64,000 nucleotides of DNA from an uncultured delta proteobacterium (GCA_963842085.1 CAWJET010000001.1:256001-320000); one strand, 5' to 3'. Shown: positions 10,551 to 20,416, counted from the stretch's first letter. Program-made: numbers and translations. The notes: generated by a model not told the origin, from the letters alone.

Positions 10551-11468
10551 ATGCAGCCCTCGATGGACAATCACGAGCCGCGCGCGGCGGCGCGGTCGGA
10601 TCAGCGCCGGCTGCTGGTCGTCCTCGGCGTCACGTCGGTCTATCTCGTCACCGAGCTCGTCGGCGGTTATCTGACGGGCAGCCTGGCCCTGCTCTCCGAC
10701 GCGGTCCACATGCTGACCGACATCGCGGCGTTGTGCCTGGGCCTGCTGACGCTGTGGATCTCGACCCGGCCCGCCTCGTCGGCGAAAACCTACGGTTATC
10801 TCCGCGCGGAAATTCTGGGCGCGTTGCTCAACGGTTTTTTTCTGTGGCTGCTGGTGGTCTTCATCTGGATCGAAGCGATCGAGCGCCTGCGAGACCCGCG
10901 CCCGGTTTCAGGACTGGGCGTGATGGCGATCGCGACCGTCGGAATCGGCGTGAATGCCTTCTCGGCGTGGATAACCTCGACCGAAGCGCCCGGCCGGCTG
11001 AGGCGCGGGATGGCGATGCGCGCGGTGTTTGTGCACGTCACGTCCGATCTGATCGGCTCCGTAGGCGTGCTCGCGTCGGGCGCTCTGAACTATTTCACTG
11101 GATGGATGCAGGCCGATCCGGCGGTGAGCATATTGATCGGATGCCTGGTGTTGTACGGGTCATGGGGGCTGGTGCGCGAGGGCGTGGACATCCTGATGGA
11201 ATCGGTGCCGTCGCACATCAACCTGGACGAAATGCGCACGGACCTGCTGGCCGTCAGCGGCACCGAGGAAGTTCACGACCTTCACGTCTGGTGCCTCAGC
11301 ACTCGGCAAATCGCGCTGTCGGCCCACGCGGTGGTCGCGGCGGATGCGGATCGCGATCGAGTACTGGCCGAGATGTGCCATCTGCTGCAGACCAAGTTCG
11401 ACATCCACCATCTGACCTTGCAGCTCGAGCGCGACAATCGCCGCGAACACGAGCCGGAACATTTCTGA
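10551..11468 (+). CDS. Cation diffusion facilitator (CzcD/ZitB-like Zn/Co/Cd exporter)
   Basis: 'SLALLSDAVHMLTD', 'TYGYLRAEILGAL', HxxxD and 'VHDLHVW' motifs. Confidence 0.93.
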   Translation: MQPSMDNHEPRAAARSDQRRLLVVLGVTSVYLVTELVGGYLTGSLALLSDAVHMLTDIAALCLGLLTLWISTRPASSAKTYGYLRAEILGALLNGFFLWLLVVFIWIEAIERLRDPRPVSGLGVMAIATVGIGVNAFSAWITSTEAPGRLRRGMAMRAVFVHVTSDLIGSVGVLASGALNYFTGWMQADPAVSILIGCLVLYGSWGLVREGVDILMESVPSHINLDEMRTDLLAVSGTEEVHDLHVWCLSTRQIALSAHAVVAADADRDRVLAEMCHLLQTKFDIHHLTLQLERDNRREHEPEHF

Positions 11469-11477
11469 GTCGGACAA

Positions 11478-12113
11478 ATGAATGCCAACCAGACAATTTT
11501 CTACGACATCAACACGCAGCGCGACTTCATTCTGCCCGACGGTAAATTCCACATCGCGGGCGCGGAGAAGATCGTGCCGGTGTGGAAGGCGATTACCGAT
11601 CTCGCGCGCGATCAGAAAGTGCAGATCGTCTGCTCGGTCGACTGCCACGTTCCAGGCGATCCGCAACTGAAGAGTTGGGGCGGCCCATATCCCGATCATT
11701 GCATGGCGGGCACGCCCGGCCAGAAAAAAATCGACGAGACCGAGCCGCTCAATCCAGTGATGCTGGAAAACAAGGAATACACCACCGACGAAATTCAGAA
11801 GATTCTCGAGCATCGGGGAGAGATCGTCTTTCGACGCCAACAATTCGAGAAGCTCGCCGACAACGCTCACCTGAGCGCAATCCTGCGGCTCGTCCTGCGC
11901 CCCTACCAGGATGTCGTGATGTACGGCGTCTACACGGAGTCATGCGTTGCGCGTGAGCTCACCGCGCTCATCGGCGTCGGACCGAAGCTTCACCTGGTCA
12001 GGGACGCGGTCGCGATTATCGGCGAGGAATCTCCAACCTTTAACGAAAAATTGCAGCAGGAGGGCGTCAACCTGCTCGCGTTCGATGAGTTGAAGCTGCA
12101 AATGCTCAACTGA
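11478..12113 (+). CDS. Isochorismatase/nicotinamidase-family cysteine hydrolase
   Basis: 'DINTQRDF', 'DCH', 'PDHCMAGTPG' and 'GVYTESCV' motifs. Confidence 0.8.
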   Translation: MNANQTIFYDINTQRDFILPDGKFHIAGAEKIVPVWKAITDLARDQKVQIVCSVDCHVPGDPQLKSWGGPYPDHCMAGTPGQKKIDETEPLNPVMLENKEYTTDEIQKILEHRGEIVFRRQQFEKLADNAHLSAILRLVLRPYQDVVMYGVYTESCVARELTALIGVGPKLHLVRDAVAIIGEESPTFNEKLQQEGVNLLAFDELKLQMLN

Positions 12114-13027
12114 TGGCCAGCTCTCAGCCAAGCGAGCCGGGCGCCCGCGACGAGGGCGCGCCGGGGTTTTACGACGAGCCCTGGGTTACGCCGCCGTTTC
12201 AGCCGTTGCGAGCGATCGGCTCGGTCATCTTGATCGCGTGCGGCTTCGGGCTCTATGAATACCTACTGGTGTCGTTCTGGTCGGTGCCGTGGATGGGCAT
12301 CCACGAACGAATTCCGTGGCCCGCGTTCGCGATCGCGCTGGCGGCGCTTGTGCTCTCGATTGCGGGCTTGCGCCTTGCCCTGGGACTCGCCTCGCCGCAC
12401 GCCAAACTTGGATTTGGCCTGTTCGCATTTCTGGCATGCATTGTCGTTGGAGCGGGCGGCGGCCGATTCCTCAGCTACGCGATGCGCGTGACGCTGAATC
12501 CGCCCTTCACGCTGAAGCTCGCATTGGGGCAGCGATTTCCAAGCTTCGCGCTCGTCGATCAGAACGACTCGCTTCACCGCGGCCCAGTGCCATCCGGCGC
12601 GGGCGCCAGCTTGATTTATGTCTATCGCGGAGACTACTGCCCGTTCGCGCGGTTCGAGCTCGCCGAACTGACCGCGCACGCCGCCGATTTCCACCGCGCC
12701 GGCGTGGATATTGTGGCCATCAGCACCGACGCGGTCGAGCGCTCGAAGATGCTCGCCGGATTTCTGCGCACGAAAATCCCGATGCTCAGCGATAACCGCG
12801 AATCGATCCTCGGGCCGCTCGGTCTCGTGCAACATCACCGCAACGGCGAGCCGGACAACGCGATACCCGCCTTTTTTATCCTTGATCGAAACGGCGTCGT
12901 GCGGTGGATTTTCACCTCGCCCTACTATCGCGAGCTGCCGCGGCCCGACGCTCTCCTCGACGCGGCAAAGTCAGTCATTGCCGGCGAGACGACGACGGGT
13001 CAATCGCCGACAGCATCGCCGCAGTAG
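12113..13027 (+). CDS. Membrane-anchored AhpC/TSA (peroxiredoxin-like) protein
   Basis: Three N-terminal TM segments, then 'FPSFALVDQ', 'YRGDYCPF', 'VAISTD' and 'PAFFILDRNGVVRW'. Confidence 0.75.
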   Translation: MASSQPSEPGARDEGAPGFYDEPWVTPPFQPLRAIGSVILIACGFGLYEYLLVSFWSVPWMGIHERIPWPAFAIALAALVLSIAGLRLALGLASPHAKLGFGLFAFLACIVVGAGGGRFLSYAMRVTLNPPFTLKLALGQRFPSFALVDQNDSLHRGPVPSGAGASLIYVYRGDYCPFARFELAELTAHAADFHRAGVDIVAISTDAVERSKMLAGFLRTKIPMLSDNRESILGPLGLVQHHRNGEPDNAIPAFFILDRNGVVRWIFTSPYYRELPRPDALLDAAKSVIAGETTTGQSPTASPQ

Positions 13028-13652
13028 CCAGCGCCGGAGACTCGGCGGCGAATATCGCACCGATCGACGCGACTCCGGCCGGCCGCGCAGCCGGGTCAGG
13101 AGACGCAAACAGTTCGCGCGTGCGCTCGGGCGTGATGCCGCCGAGTGCGAAGACCGGAATCGCGCCCGCACCACACGCCGCGGCAAGCCCGCTCGGGCCC
13201 CACGCAGGCCCGGTGGCGGGCTTGGATAGCGGATCGAAGACGGGGCCGAATACCGCGAAGTCGGCGCCCTCGCGCGCGGCGCCGGCAACATCAGGCGGCG
13301 AGTGACTCGAGACTCCGATAAGCCGGTCAGGTCCAAGCAGCTTGCGCGCCATGCTGACGCCAATCGAATCGAACGGCAGATGAACGCCGTCGGCGTCCGC
13401 AGCAATTGCCACGTCGACACGATCGTTCACTAGCAGCGGCGCGCCGGCGCGCGTGCAGATTTGCCGAAGGTGCAGCGCCAGCTCGTAGAGCTCGCGCGCC
13501 GGCAAATCCTTTTCGCGCAGTTGCAGTGCGACCGCACCGTGCGGCGCCGCCGTAAGCGCCGCCTCGCACGCGGCGGCGAGATCGCCGCTCTTTACGACGC
13601 GGCGATCGGTGATGAGATAGAGTCGAAAGCTGACGCGCGGGCGCGACGACAA
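12975..13652 (-). CDS. thiE: Thiamine phosphate synthase (ThiE/TenI family)
   Basis: LYLITD, QLREK, VNDRVDVA, GVHL and ALGGI motifs; lies downstream of thiG. Confidence 0.85.
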   Translation of the reverse strand: MSSRPRVSFRLYLITDRRVVKSGDLAAACEAALTAAPHGAVALQLREKDLPARELYELALHLRQICTRAGAPLLVNDRVDVAIAADADGVHLPFDSIGVSMARKLLGPDRLIGVSSHSPPDVAGAAREGADFAVFGPVFDPLSKPATGPAWGPSGLAAACGAGAIPVFALGGITPERTRELFASPDPAARPAGVASIGAIFAAESPALATAAMLSAIDPSSSRRQ

Positions 13653-13658
13653 GGCGTC

Positions 13659-14435
13659 CTACCGTATCAAGCCAGTTAGCGGGCTCGACGCGGTCGCGTA
13701 GAGCTTGCGCTCGATCCGGCCGGCACGGTATGCGAGGCGGCCGGCCTCGACCGCGAGCTTCATCGCACGCGCCATCGCGATTGGATCCTTCGCGCCCGCG
13801 ATTGCGGTGTTCATCAGCACGCCGTCACATCCAAGTTCCATCGCCTCGGCAGCGTCGGACGCGGTGCCCACGCCCGCATCGACGATCACCGGCACCTTCG
13901 CCTGCTCGATGATAATTGCGAGGTTGAATGGATTGCGGATGCCGAGGCCGGAGCCGATCGGCGCCGCCAGCGGCATCACGGCCACGCATCCTAGCTCCTG
14001 GAGCCGAAGGCAAGTGACAGGATCGTCGGTGGCATACGGCATCACTTTGAATCCTTCCTTGACCAGCACGCGGGCCGCTTCGAGCGTCGCGACTACATCG
14101 GGAAACAGCGTCTGCTTGTCGCCGATCACTTCAAGCTTGACGAGCTCGCCGACGCCGACCTCGCGCGCGAGGCGGCAGGTGCGAATCGCCTCGTCGGCGG
14201 TGAAGCATCCGGCGGTGTTGGGAAGAATCTGGTAGCGCTTGGGGTCGAGGTAGTCGAGCAGATTTTCCTTGCCGCGATCGGTGATGTTCACGCGGCGCAC
14301 AGCGACGGTCACGATTTCGGCGCCGCTTTCCTCGACCGCAGCTTTGGTCTCCGCGAAGTCGCGATACTTGCCGGTGCCAACGATGAGACGCGACTTGAAT
14401 TTTTTGCCGCCCAATTCAAATAAAGTGTCCTGCAT
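13659..14435 (-). CDS. thiG: Thiazole synthase
   Basis: [36 protein letters not shown] and VDAGVG motifs. Confidence 0.97.
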   Translation of the reverse strand: MQDTLFELGGKKFKSRLIVGTGKYRDFAETKAAVEESGAEIVTVAVRRVNITDRGKENLLDYLDPKRYQILPNTAGCFTADEAIRTCRLAREVGVGELVKLEVIGDKQTLFPDVVATLEAARVLVKEGFKVMPYATDDPVTCLRLQELGCVAVMPLAAPIGSGLGIRNPFNLAIIIEQAKVPVIVDAGVGTASDAAEAMELGCDGVLMNTAIAGAKDPIAMARAMKLAVEAGRLAYRAGRIERKLYATASSPLTGLIR

Positions 14436-14463
14436 ATTCTTTTCACTGCCTTGTGCGTGGCGG

Positions 14464-14682
14464 CTATCCGCCGCCGACGAAGTTGATTATCTCGACCTGA
14501 TCGCCCGCCCGTACAATCGTCGCGTCGTAGCTGGCCTTGGGCACGATCTCGCGGTTGATCTCGACGGCCACGCGGCTGCGGCGCATGTTCAGGCGTTCGA
14601 GCAGCGCGGTCAGCGGCGTGTCGGCGCTGAGCGGGTACGGATCGCCGTTGAGCGTGATTGAAGTTGCGATTGAATCCGGCAT
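14464..14682 (-). CDS. thiS: Sulfur carrier protein ThiS
   Basis: Small ubiquitin-like protein ending 'EIINFVGGG'. Confidence 0.95.
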   Translation of the reverse strand: MPDSIATSITLNGDPYPLSADTPLTALLERLNMRRSRVAVEINREIVPKASYDATIVRAGDQVEIINFVGGG

Positions 14683-14742
14683 TATTGAGCCGCTTCCCTG
14701 GTCTAGGGAAGCGGCCCAGGCGCAGCCGCGAACGTTGCGCCG

Positions 14743-14830
14743 TTGGCTTCCCTACGCCGGCATTACCCGGATCAGGTTCAAGGGGTTCTCCCGCAGGAGC
14801 TCTCAGTGCGAAATCGCACACCCCCAGCCC
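14743..14830 (-). ncRNA. TPP riboswitch
   Basis: Minus strand reads GGGGTG...CTGAGA...ACCCCTTGAACCTGATCCGGGTAATGCCGGCGTAGGGAA, directly upstream of thiS. Confidence 0.96.
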
Positions 14831-14928
14831 GCTCCGACTATACGATCAAGCTCGGGAGGATGTCAAAAATGCGCCCGCCGCCGTATGGGTTGGTCGGATT
14901 GATTGACGCTATCAGCCGGCGGTTAGGG

Positions 14929-17190
14929 TCAGCCGCCGTTGAGTACGGCTGTCGCCTGATTCAGCCTGTCGCTGTAAGCGTTTAGCGCGGCGGCCGTCAG
15001 CTTGGCGTAGCGGTTGGCGTCAGGCCAGCGTTGTTCTTCGATTGCTTCGCGGACCCCGGGCAGCGTTTTGGCTTCGTAGCCGGTGTAGCGGCCGGGAGCA
15101 TAAATCAGATTCTTGTACCAGGTCCTTCCCGGCAGGCCTACACTCTCGGGGGCCAGGGTCTGGTCCAGGTTCTGCATAAGGGCTTGCACTCGCTCAATCT
15201 GAGAGCTGGATAGGTGTGACGCATTTTTCGCTAGCGCAGTGTCGTAGGCCTTGGCGCTGCGCTTCAGGCGATCGACGGCGTCCTCCAGGGCCGCGAACTC
15301 GATATGCGGGACGGGCTCGAGCGCCGTGGGCAGGCCGCTTGATTTGGTGGGATCGGCGGCAAGCCGGAACGCGTGGTCGTGGAGCAGTTTGGCTTGAGTT
15401 TCGGCTTCCTCGCGCTTGTCATCGGCGAGCTTCTTCACCTGATCCAGATAGTCCGAAATCGCACTCGCGAACGCGGTCGTGTTCTGGAGGGGAACATCGG
15501 AATCGGCGACGCGCAGCACTATCCGCCCGACCGTCTTCGCCAGCATCGCGTCATACACGAAGCCCGGATCGACGAACCGGCTGTGGTGCTCGAAGGTGTC
15601 GTAACGAGAGTGGTAGACGCCGCTCGAGTGGCCCTCTTCGTAGAAACCGACATCCAGCGCGGGCACGCCCAAGTGATCGAGAAAGGCTGAAAAGTCCGAG
15701 CCCGAGCCCAGCGCCTCGATAGGCAAGTCCTGGTCCCGGTCCGCTGCGATCTTAGCCTCGGCCCTGACGTGCTCCGTAGCGGTGGGCGCGAGAGCATCTA
15801 TGCGGATCTTCGCGCGCAGCCGATCGCCAATGGAAACGCCGGTCTCAGGATCGATTACGTCGTCGGCGACCTGGTTGACCAGATGCTGGAAGTCGGGGCT
15901 GCCACCTACACCTAGAAAGCCCCGCTCGTTGGAGTCAGAGTTTATGTATAGAACCACTTTCTTCTTGAGTTCGCTCGCGTGCTCCTCCGCCCATTCGGTG
16001 GAACCCATGAGCATCGGCTCTTCCGCGTCCCAACTCGTGTAGACGATCGTGCGTTTGGGCCGCCAACCCTGCTTGGCGAGTCCGCCGAAAGCCCTGGCCT
16101 CGGCCAGCAGTGCGACCTGACCCGACAGCGGGTCGGTGGCGCCGAACACCCAGCCGTCGTGATGATTGCCGCGCACGACCCACTCGTCCGGCCAGGTCGA
16201 GCCCTTCATTATCGCGATCACGTCATAGATAGGTTGGATCTGCCAATCGGACTTGACCGCCAGATGGACTACTGCGGGACCCGGTCCTACTCGATAGGTT
16301 ATCGGCAGCGCGCCGCGCCATGCTGGAGGAGCGACAGGTCCCGCGAGCGCCGCGAGGAAGACCTGAGCGTCGGCATAGGAGATGGGCAAGGTTGGTATTT
16401 TCATGATCGTCGGCGCGTCGGACATTTGGAGCCGCTTGGCGTCCTTGGTCGCACCGATGCCGGGCGTCAACGGATCGCCGGGATAGAGACCCATGTCGAG
16501 CACCGAGCCGCGCTGCACGCCGTACGGCGGGCGCATAGGACCGTTGGGATAAGTCTCGTCGATGGAGTAGCCGTCTTGTGCCGGGTCGGAGTAGATGATG
16601 CATCCGATCGCGCCGTGATCGTACGCCAGCTTGGGTTTCAACCCGCGCCATCCGGCGCCATAGCGCGCGATGACAATCTTGCCCTTGACGTTTACGCCCA
16701 GCCGCTGGAGCGTCTTGTAATCGTCCTGCATCCCATAATTGACGTAGACGAGACCGGCGGTGACGTCGCCGTCGTGCTGGTAATCGACATAGGCAGGCAG
16801 CGCGGGTTCAGTCGCAGTCGCACTGGAATCGCCAGGGATCGGCGGCTCTTGCAGCGTGGCTTTGAAGGGCTTGGCGCCGACCAGCTCCAGATTCTCGCTG
16901 ATTGGCTTGGGATAGAGCACCCAGAACGTCTCGATGTGCGCGTCCCAGCCCCAATCCTTGAACCAGGCAAGGATTTGGCCGGCGTTGGCCTTGTCGTGCG
17001 GCGAGCTGACGTGGTTCGGCTCGGCGGCCAGTAGCTTCATCCAATCGCGCAAGTCATTCGGGTGAATGAGAGCGTCGAAGTTGTGTTCAAGCGTGGCTTC
17101 ATCGGGCGAGGCCGGCGCCGGCGCGCCGAAGGCCACGCTCAGGCAAAGAAGAGTCGCCGTCGCGAGCGAGATGGCGAGCTTTGAACTAAT
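14929..17190 (-). CDS. M28 peptidase, glutamate carboxypeptidase II-like (PA domain + TfR dimerisation domain), probably secreted
   Basis: GNHHDGW, ATDPLSG, SWDAEE, GSGSDF and YHSRYD motifs; first canonical start is GTG at 17136, but the signal peptide extends to ATT at 17190. Confidence 0.9.
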   Translation of the reverse strand: MSSKLAISLATATLLCLSVAFGAPAPASPDEATLEHNFDALIHPNDLRDWMKLLAAEPNHVSSPHDKANAGQILAWFKDWGWDAHIETFWVLYPKPISENLELVGAKPFKATLQEPPIPGDSSATATEPALPAYVDYQHDGDVTAGLVYVNYGMQDDYKTLQRLGVNVKGKIVIARYGAGWRGLKPKLAYDHGAIGCIIYSDPAQDGYSIDETYPNGPMRPPYGVQRGSVLDMGLYPGDPLTPGIGATKDAKRLQMSDAPTIMKIPTLPISYADAQVFLAALAGPVAPPAWRGALPITYRVGPGPAVVHLAVKSDWQIQPIYDVIAIMKGSTWPDEWVVRGNHHDGWVFGATDPLSGQVALLAEARAFGGLAKQGWRPKRTIVYTSWDAEEPMLMGSTEWAEEHASELKKKVVLYINSDSNERGFLGVGGSPDFQHLVNQVADDVIDPETGVSIGDRLRAKIRIDALAPTATEHVRAEAKIAADRDQDLPIEALGSGSDFSAFLDHLGVPALDVGFYEEGHSSGVYHSRYDTFEHHSRFVDPGFVYDAMLAKTVGRIVLRVADSDVPLQNTTAFASAISDYLDQVKKLADDKREEAETQAKLLHDHAFRLAADPTKSSGLPTALEPVPHIEFAALEDAVDRLKRSAKAYDTALAKNASHLSSSQIERVQALMQNLDQTLAPESVGLPGRTWYKNLIYAPGRYTGYEAKTLPGVREAIEEQRWPDANRYAKLTAAALNAYSDRLNQATAVLNGG

Positions 17191-17277
17191 TTCGGGCCTC
17201 CCGGGGCGCGGCGCGATAAATCACCGGCGTCCGCCCTCCCTGGTACCGGCGAGGAGCGCGAGCGATGTTGCTTCGGC

Positions 17278-17535
17278 TCAGTATCCCTTCTCGGGGATCA
17301 CTGTATTCTTGTTACCCCCGGTCTCCGGACCGTGGCAGGCCGCGACCTGGTCCACCGAGGCATTCAAGTTAGCCGCGATCTGGGCGTCGGTCTGTCCGGC
17401 CTGCGCCTGCGTTTTAACGACGTCGCAATCGACCGGGACATTCGACGGGGAAAACATCGAGCACCCCGAAAGTCCTGCCATGAATAACAGTCCCGATGCG
17501 GTTGCGATCCAAGTATTGCGTACCTTTCGCTGCAT
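17278..17535 (-). CDS. Small hypothetical lipoprotein
   Basis: GGAG SD, basic N-terminus, hydrophobic core and lipobox LSGC. Confidence 0.75.
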   Translation of the reverse strand: MQRKVRNTWIATASGLLFMAGLSGCSMFSPSNVPVDCDVVKTQAQAGQTDAQIAANLNASVDQVAACHGPETGGNKNTVIPEKGY

Positions 17536-17702
17536 TATTTTTCTCCGGTTAGATCAGAATCTCTGCTCGGTTTCCCCACATGCATTAACATTCACAAAAC
17601 CATCCGCGCACTCTTATCATTTGTCGCCAAAATTCGATAGTAAGGCGGTGCAGTCCAAGTCGGCTTGCGTCTGCGCGCGCGAAGTTGGAAATTCAGCGTT
17701 CG

Positions 17703-18830
17703 ATGAGAATTGAAACGCAACGCCCGACCGTCGCCGAGATCGATCTCGCCGCGCTGCGCTCGAACTTCCGCGCGCTGAGGGCCGTGGCCGCGCACGGCGA
17801 ATTGATGGTGGTGGTCAAGGCCGACGCATACGGGCATGGCGCCGTGACGGTGGCGCGTGCGCTGATCGACGAAGGCTGCCGTCACTTCGGAGTCGCCACA
17901 CTCGACGAGGCGCGCGAGCTGCGACAGGCGGGAGTTCGCGCGCGCGTGTACCTGCAGGCGGGCTTCTTCGTCGAGCAGGCAGCGGAGATCATCGCGCTCG
18001 ACTTGACCCCGTTCGTCTTCGACGCCGCGATGATCGCGCCGCTCGACCGCGCGGCCGCGTCGGCGGGCCGCAAAGATTTCCCGATTCACCTCAAGGTTGA
18101 CAGCGGCGCGACCCGGCTGGGCGTGATGCCCGCGAACATTCCCGATGTGATCGAGGCGGTGCGGCACGCGACGGCGGTGCGCCTCGAGGGCGTGTGCACG
18201 CTGCTGGCCAACGCCGGCGATCCGCAGAGTCCGATCACCGACACGCAACTCGGCGTCTTTAACAAAGCGATCGAGACGCTGAAGGCGGCCGGGATAAATC
18301 CCTCGGTGATCCACGTCGCAAATTCCGCGGCGCTGGTGCTGCGCTACGACTCGCATTTCAACCTGGCGCGGCCGGGTCTGGCGGTCTATGGCCTGCCGCC
18401 CGTGGCCGCCGTGCGCGAGCGCGTGGAGCTGCGGCCCGTCATGACCTTCAAAACGCGGCTGATGCAAATCAAGCGCGCGCCGGCCGGCAGCGGCGTCGGC
18501 TATGGGCATACGTTCGTCACGCCGCGCGAAAGCCTGATCGGCGTGCTGCCGGTCGGTTACGCCGACGGTTACCGCAGAGGGCTGCAGCACGGCGGCGAAG
18601 TGATCGTGCGCGGCGCGCGCGCGCCGGTGGTCGGCGCAGTCTCGATGGATCTGACGACGATCGACTTGACCGACATCGCGGGCGCAGCGGTCGGCGATGA
18701 GGTAATCTTGTGGGGCGAATCGGGCGGCGAGATTATCAGCGTGAACGAGGTCGCGCGTCTGGCGCAGACAATTTCGTACGAGATGCTATGTACGGTCGGC
18801 AAACGAGTGCCGCGCGTGATTCGGAGCTAG
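17703..18830 (+). CDS. alr: Alanine racemase
   Basis: PLP motif VVKADAYGHG; HLKVDSG, RPGLAVYG, GYADG and SMD motifs. Confidence 0.96.
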   Translation: MRIETQRPTVAEIDLAALRSNFRALRAVAAHGELMVVVKADAYGHGAVTVARALIDEGCRHFGVATLDEARELRQAGVRARVYLQAGFFVEQAAEIIALDLTPFVFDAAMIAPLDRAAASAGRKDFPIHLKVDSGATRLGVMPANIPDVIEAVRHATAVRLEGVCTLLANAGDPQSPITDTQLGVFNKAIETLKAAGINPSVIHVANSAALVLRYDSHFNLARPGLAVYGLPPVAAVRERVELRPVMTFKTRLMQIKRAPAGSGVGYGHTFVTPRESLIGVLPVGYADGYRRGLQHGGEVIVRGARAPVVGAVSMDLTTIDLTDIAGAAVGDEVILWGESGGEIISVNEVARLAQTISYEMLCTVGKRVPRVIRS

Positions 18831-20405
18831 ATGGCGATGAGCAATGAAAGGGTCACGATCAGGCGGGCGCTGATAGGCGTCGCGGACAAGGCCGGCGTGG
18901 CGGATTTAGCCAAGGCGCTGGCGCGGCACGGCGTCGAGATCGTATCGACCGGGGGCACCATGGCGGCTCTGGAAGCGGCCGGCGTGAAAGTCCGATCGGT
19001 CGAGAGTTTCACCGGCTCGCCCGAGATGCTCGACGGACGCGTCAAGACGCTGCATCCGAAGATTCACGGCGGAATTCTGGCGCGGCGCGCCGACGAGAGC
19101 CATCGGCGCCAGGTGCTGCAGCATGGGATCGAGCCGATCGACCTGGTGGTCGTGAATTTCTATCCATTCGAAAAGACAGTTGCGAAGTCAGGCGTGAGTC
19201 TCGACGAAGCGATCGAAAATATCGACATCGGCGGACCCACGATGGTGCGCGCCGCGGCAAAGAATTATGCCGACGTGGCGGTCGTCGTCGATCCGGCGGA
19301 CTACGGCGCGATCGCCGTCGAACTCGACGCGAACCGGGGCGCGCTCACCGCGGACACGCGATGGCGGCTGGCGCGCAAGGCGTTCGCGCGCGTGACCGCG
19401 TACGACGCGGCAATCGCGAACTACCTGGGCGCGCATACGAGCGCCGGCGACGTGTCTCCACTCGGCGAGACCTTCAGCCTTGCGCTCGAGCGCGAGCAGG
19501 CGCTGCGCTACGGCGAGAATCCGCATCAGGTAGGAGCGCTGTACGGCCGCTTCCTTGAGATCGCGCATCAGCTTCACGGCAAAGAGCTGTCGTTCAACAA
19601 TGTCGTCGATATCAGCTCGGCAATGAACCTGATGCTCGAGTTCGAAGACGAGCGGCGCGCGGTCGTGGCGATCCTCAAGCACAACACTCCCTGCGGCGTG
19701 GGCGTCGCGGATACGCTGAAGGGCGCGTGGGACAAGGCGTTCGCAACCGATCCGGACTCGCCGTTCGGCGGCATCATCATCGCGAATCGGCCGTGGGAGA
19801 TGGAGTTCGCGCGCGCGGTCGACGAGCTGTTCACCGAGGTGCTGATCGGCCCTGCGTATCCAGACGACGTGATCGCGTTCCTGCGCAAGAAGAAAAATCG
19901 GCGCGTGATGACGTTCAACTCGAAGGCGGTGGATCGCAACGAACTCGACGTCAAGAAGGTGCTCGGCGGATTGCTGGTGCAGACACCGGATCTGGCGATC
20001 GAAGACCCGCGCAAGGGCAAAGTCGTGACGCGGCGGGCACCGACCGACGCCGAGCTGCGCGCGCTCACGTTCGGAATCAAGGTCTGCAAGCATATCAAGT
20101 CCAACGCGATCGCATTCGTCGCCGAAGATCGCACGCTGGCGGTCGGCGGCGGTGCGACCTCGCGCATCGATCCGGTGTACGCGGCGCGCGAAAAAGCGGC
20201 GCGGCTCAAAGTTCCGCTCGAAGGTTCGGTGCTAGTGTCCGAAGCGCTGTTTCCGTTTCCCGACGGCCCGACGCTCGCGGCTGAGGCGGGCGCGACCGCG
20301 ATCGCGCAACCCGGAGGCGCCGTGCGCGACGATGAAGTGATCGCGGCGGCCGACAAGTTCGGTCTCGCGATGGTATTCACGGGGGTGCGCCACTTCAGGC
20401 ATTAG
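18831..20405 (+). CDS. purH: Bifunctional AICAR transformylase/IMP cyclohydrolase
   Basis: GRVKTLHPKIHGG, IDIGGP, LRYGENPHQ, KHNTPCG and terminal RHFRH. Confidence 0.97.
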   Translation: MAMSNERVTIRRALIGVADKAGVADLAKALARHGVEIVSTGGTMAALEAAGVKVRSVESFTGSPEMLDGRVKTLHPKIHGGILARRADESHRRQVLQHGIEPIDLVVVNFYPFEKTVAKSGVSLDEAIENIDIGGPTMVRAAAKNYADVAVVVDPADYGAIAVELDANRGALTADTRWRLARKAFARVTAYDAAIANYLGAHTSAGDVSPLGETFSLALEREQALRYGENPHQVGALYGRFLEIAHQLHGKELSFNNVVDISSAMNLMLEFEDERRAVVAILKHNTPCGVGVADTLKGAWDKAFATDPDSPFGGIIIANRPWEMEFARAVDELFTEVLIGPAYPDDVIAFLRKKKNRRVMTFNSKAVDRNELDVKKVLGGLLVQTPDLAIEDPRKGKVVTRRAPTDAELRALTFGIKVCKHIKSNAIAFVAEDRTLAVGGGATSRIDPVYAAREKAARLKVPLEGSVLVSEALFPFPDGPTLAAEAGATAIAQPGGAVRDDEVIAAADKFGLAMVFTGVRHFRH

Positions 20406-20416
20406 CAGGCCGCGCG

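Noticed and set aside
12620-12660. Selenocysteine recoding in the peroxiredoxin-like gene
   Set aside because: The active-site codon is TGC and the frame has no internal TGA.
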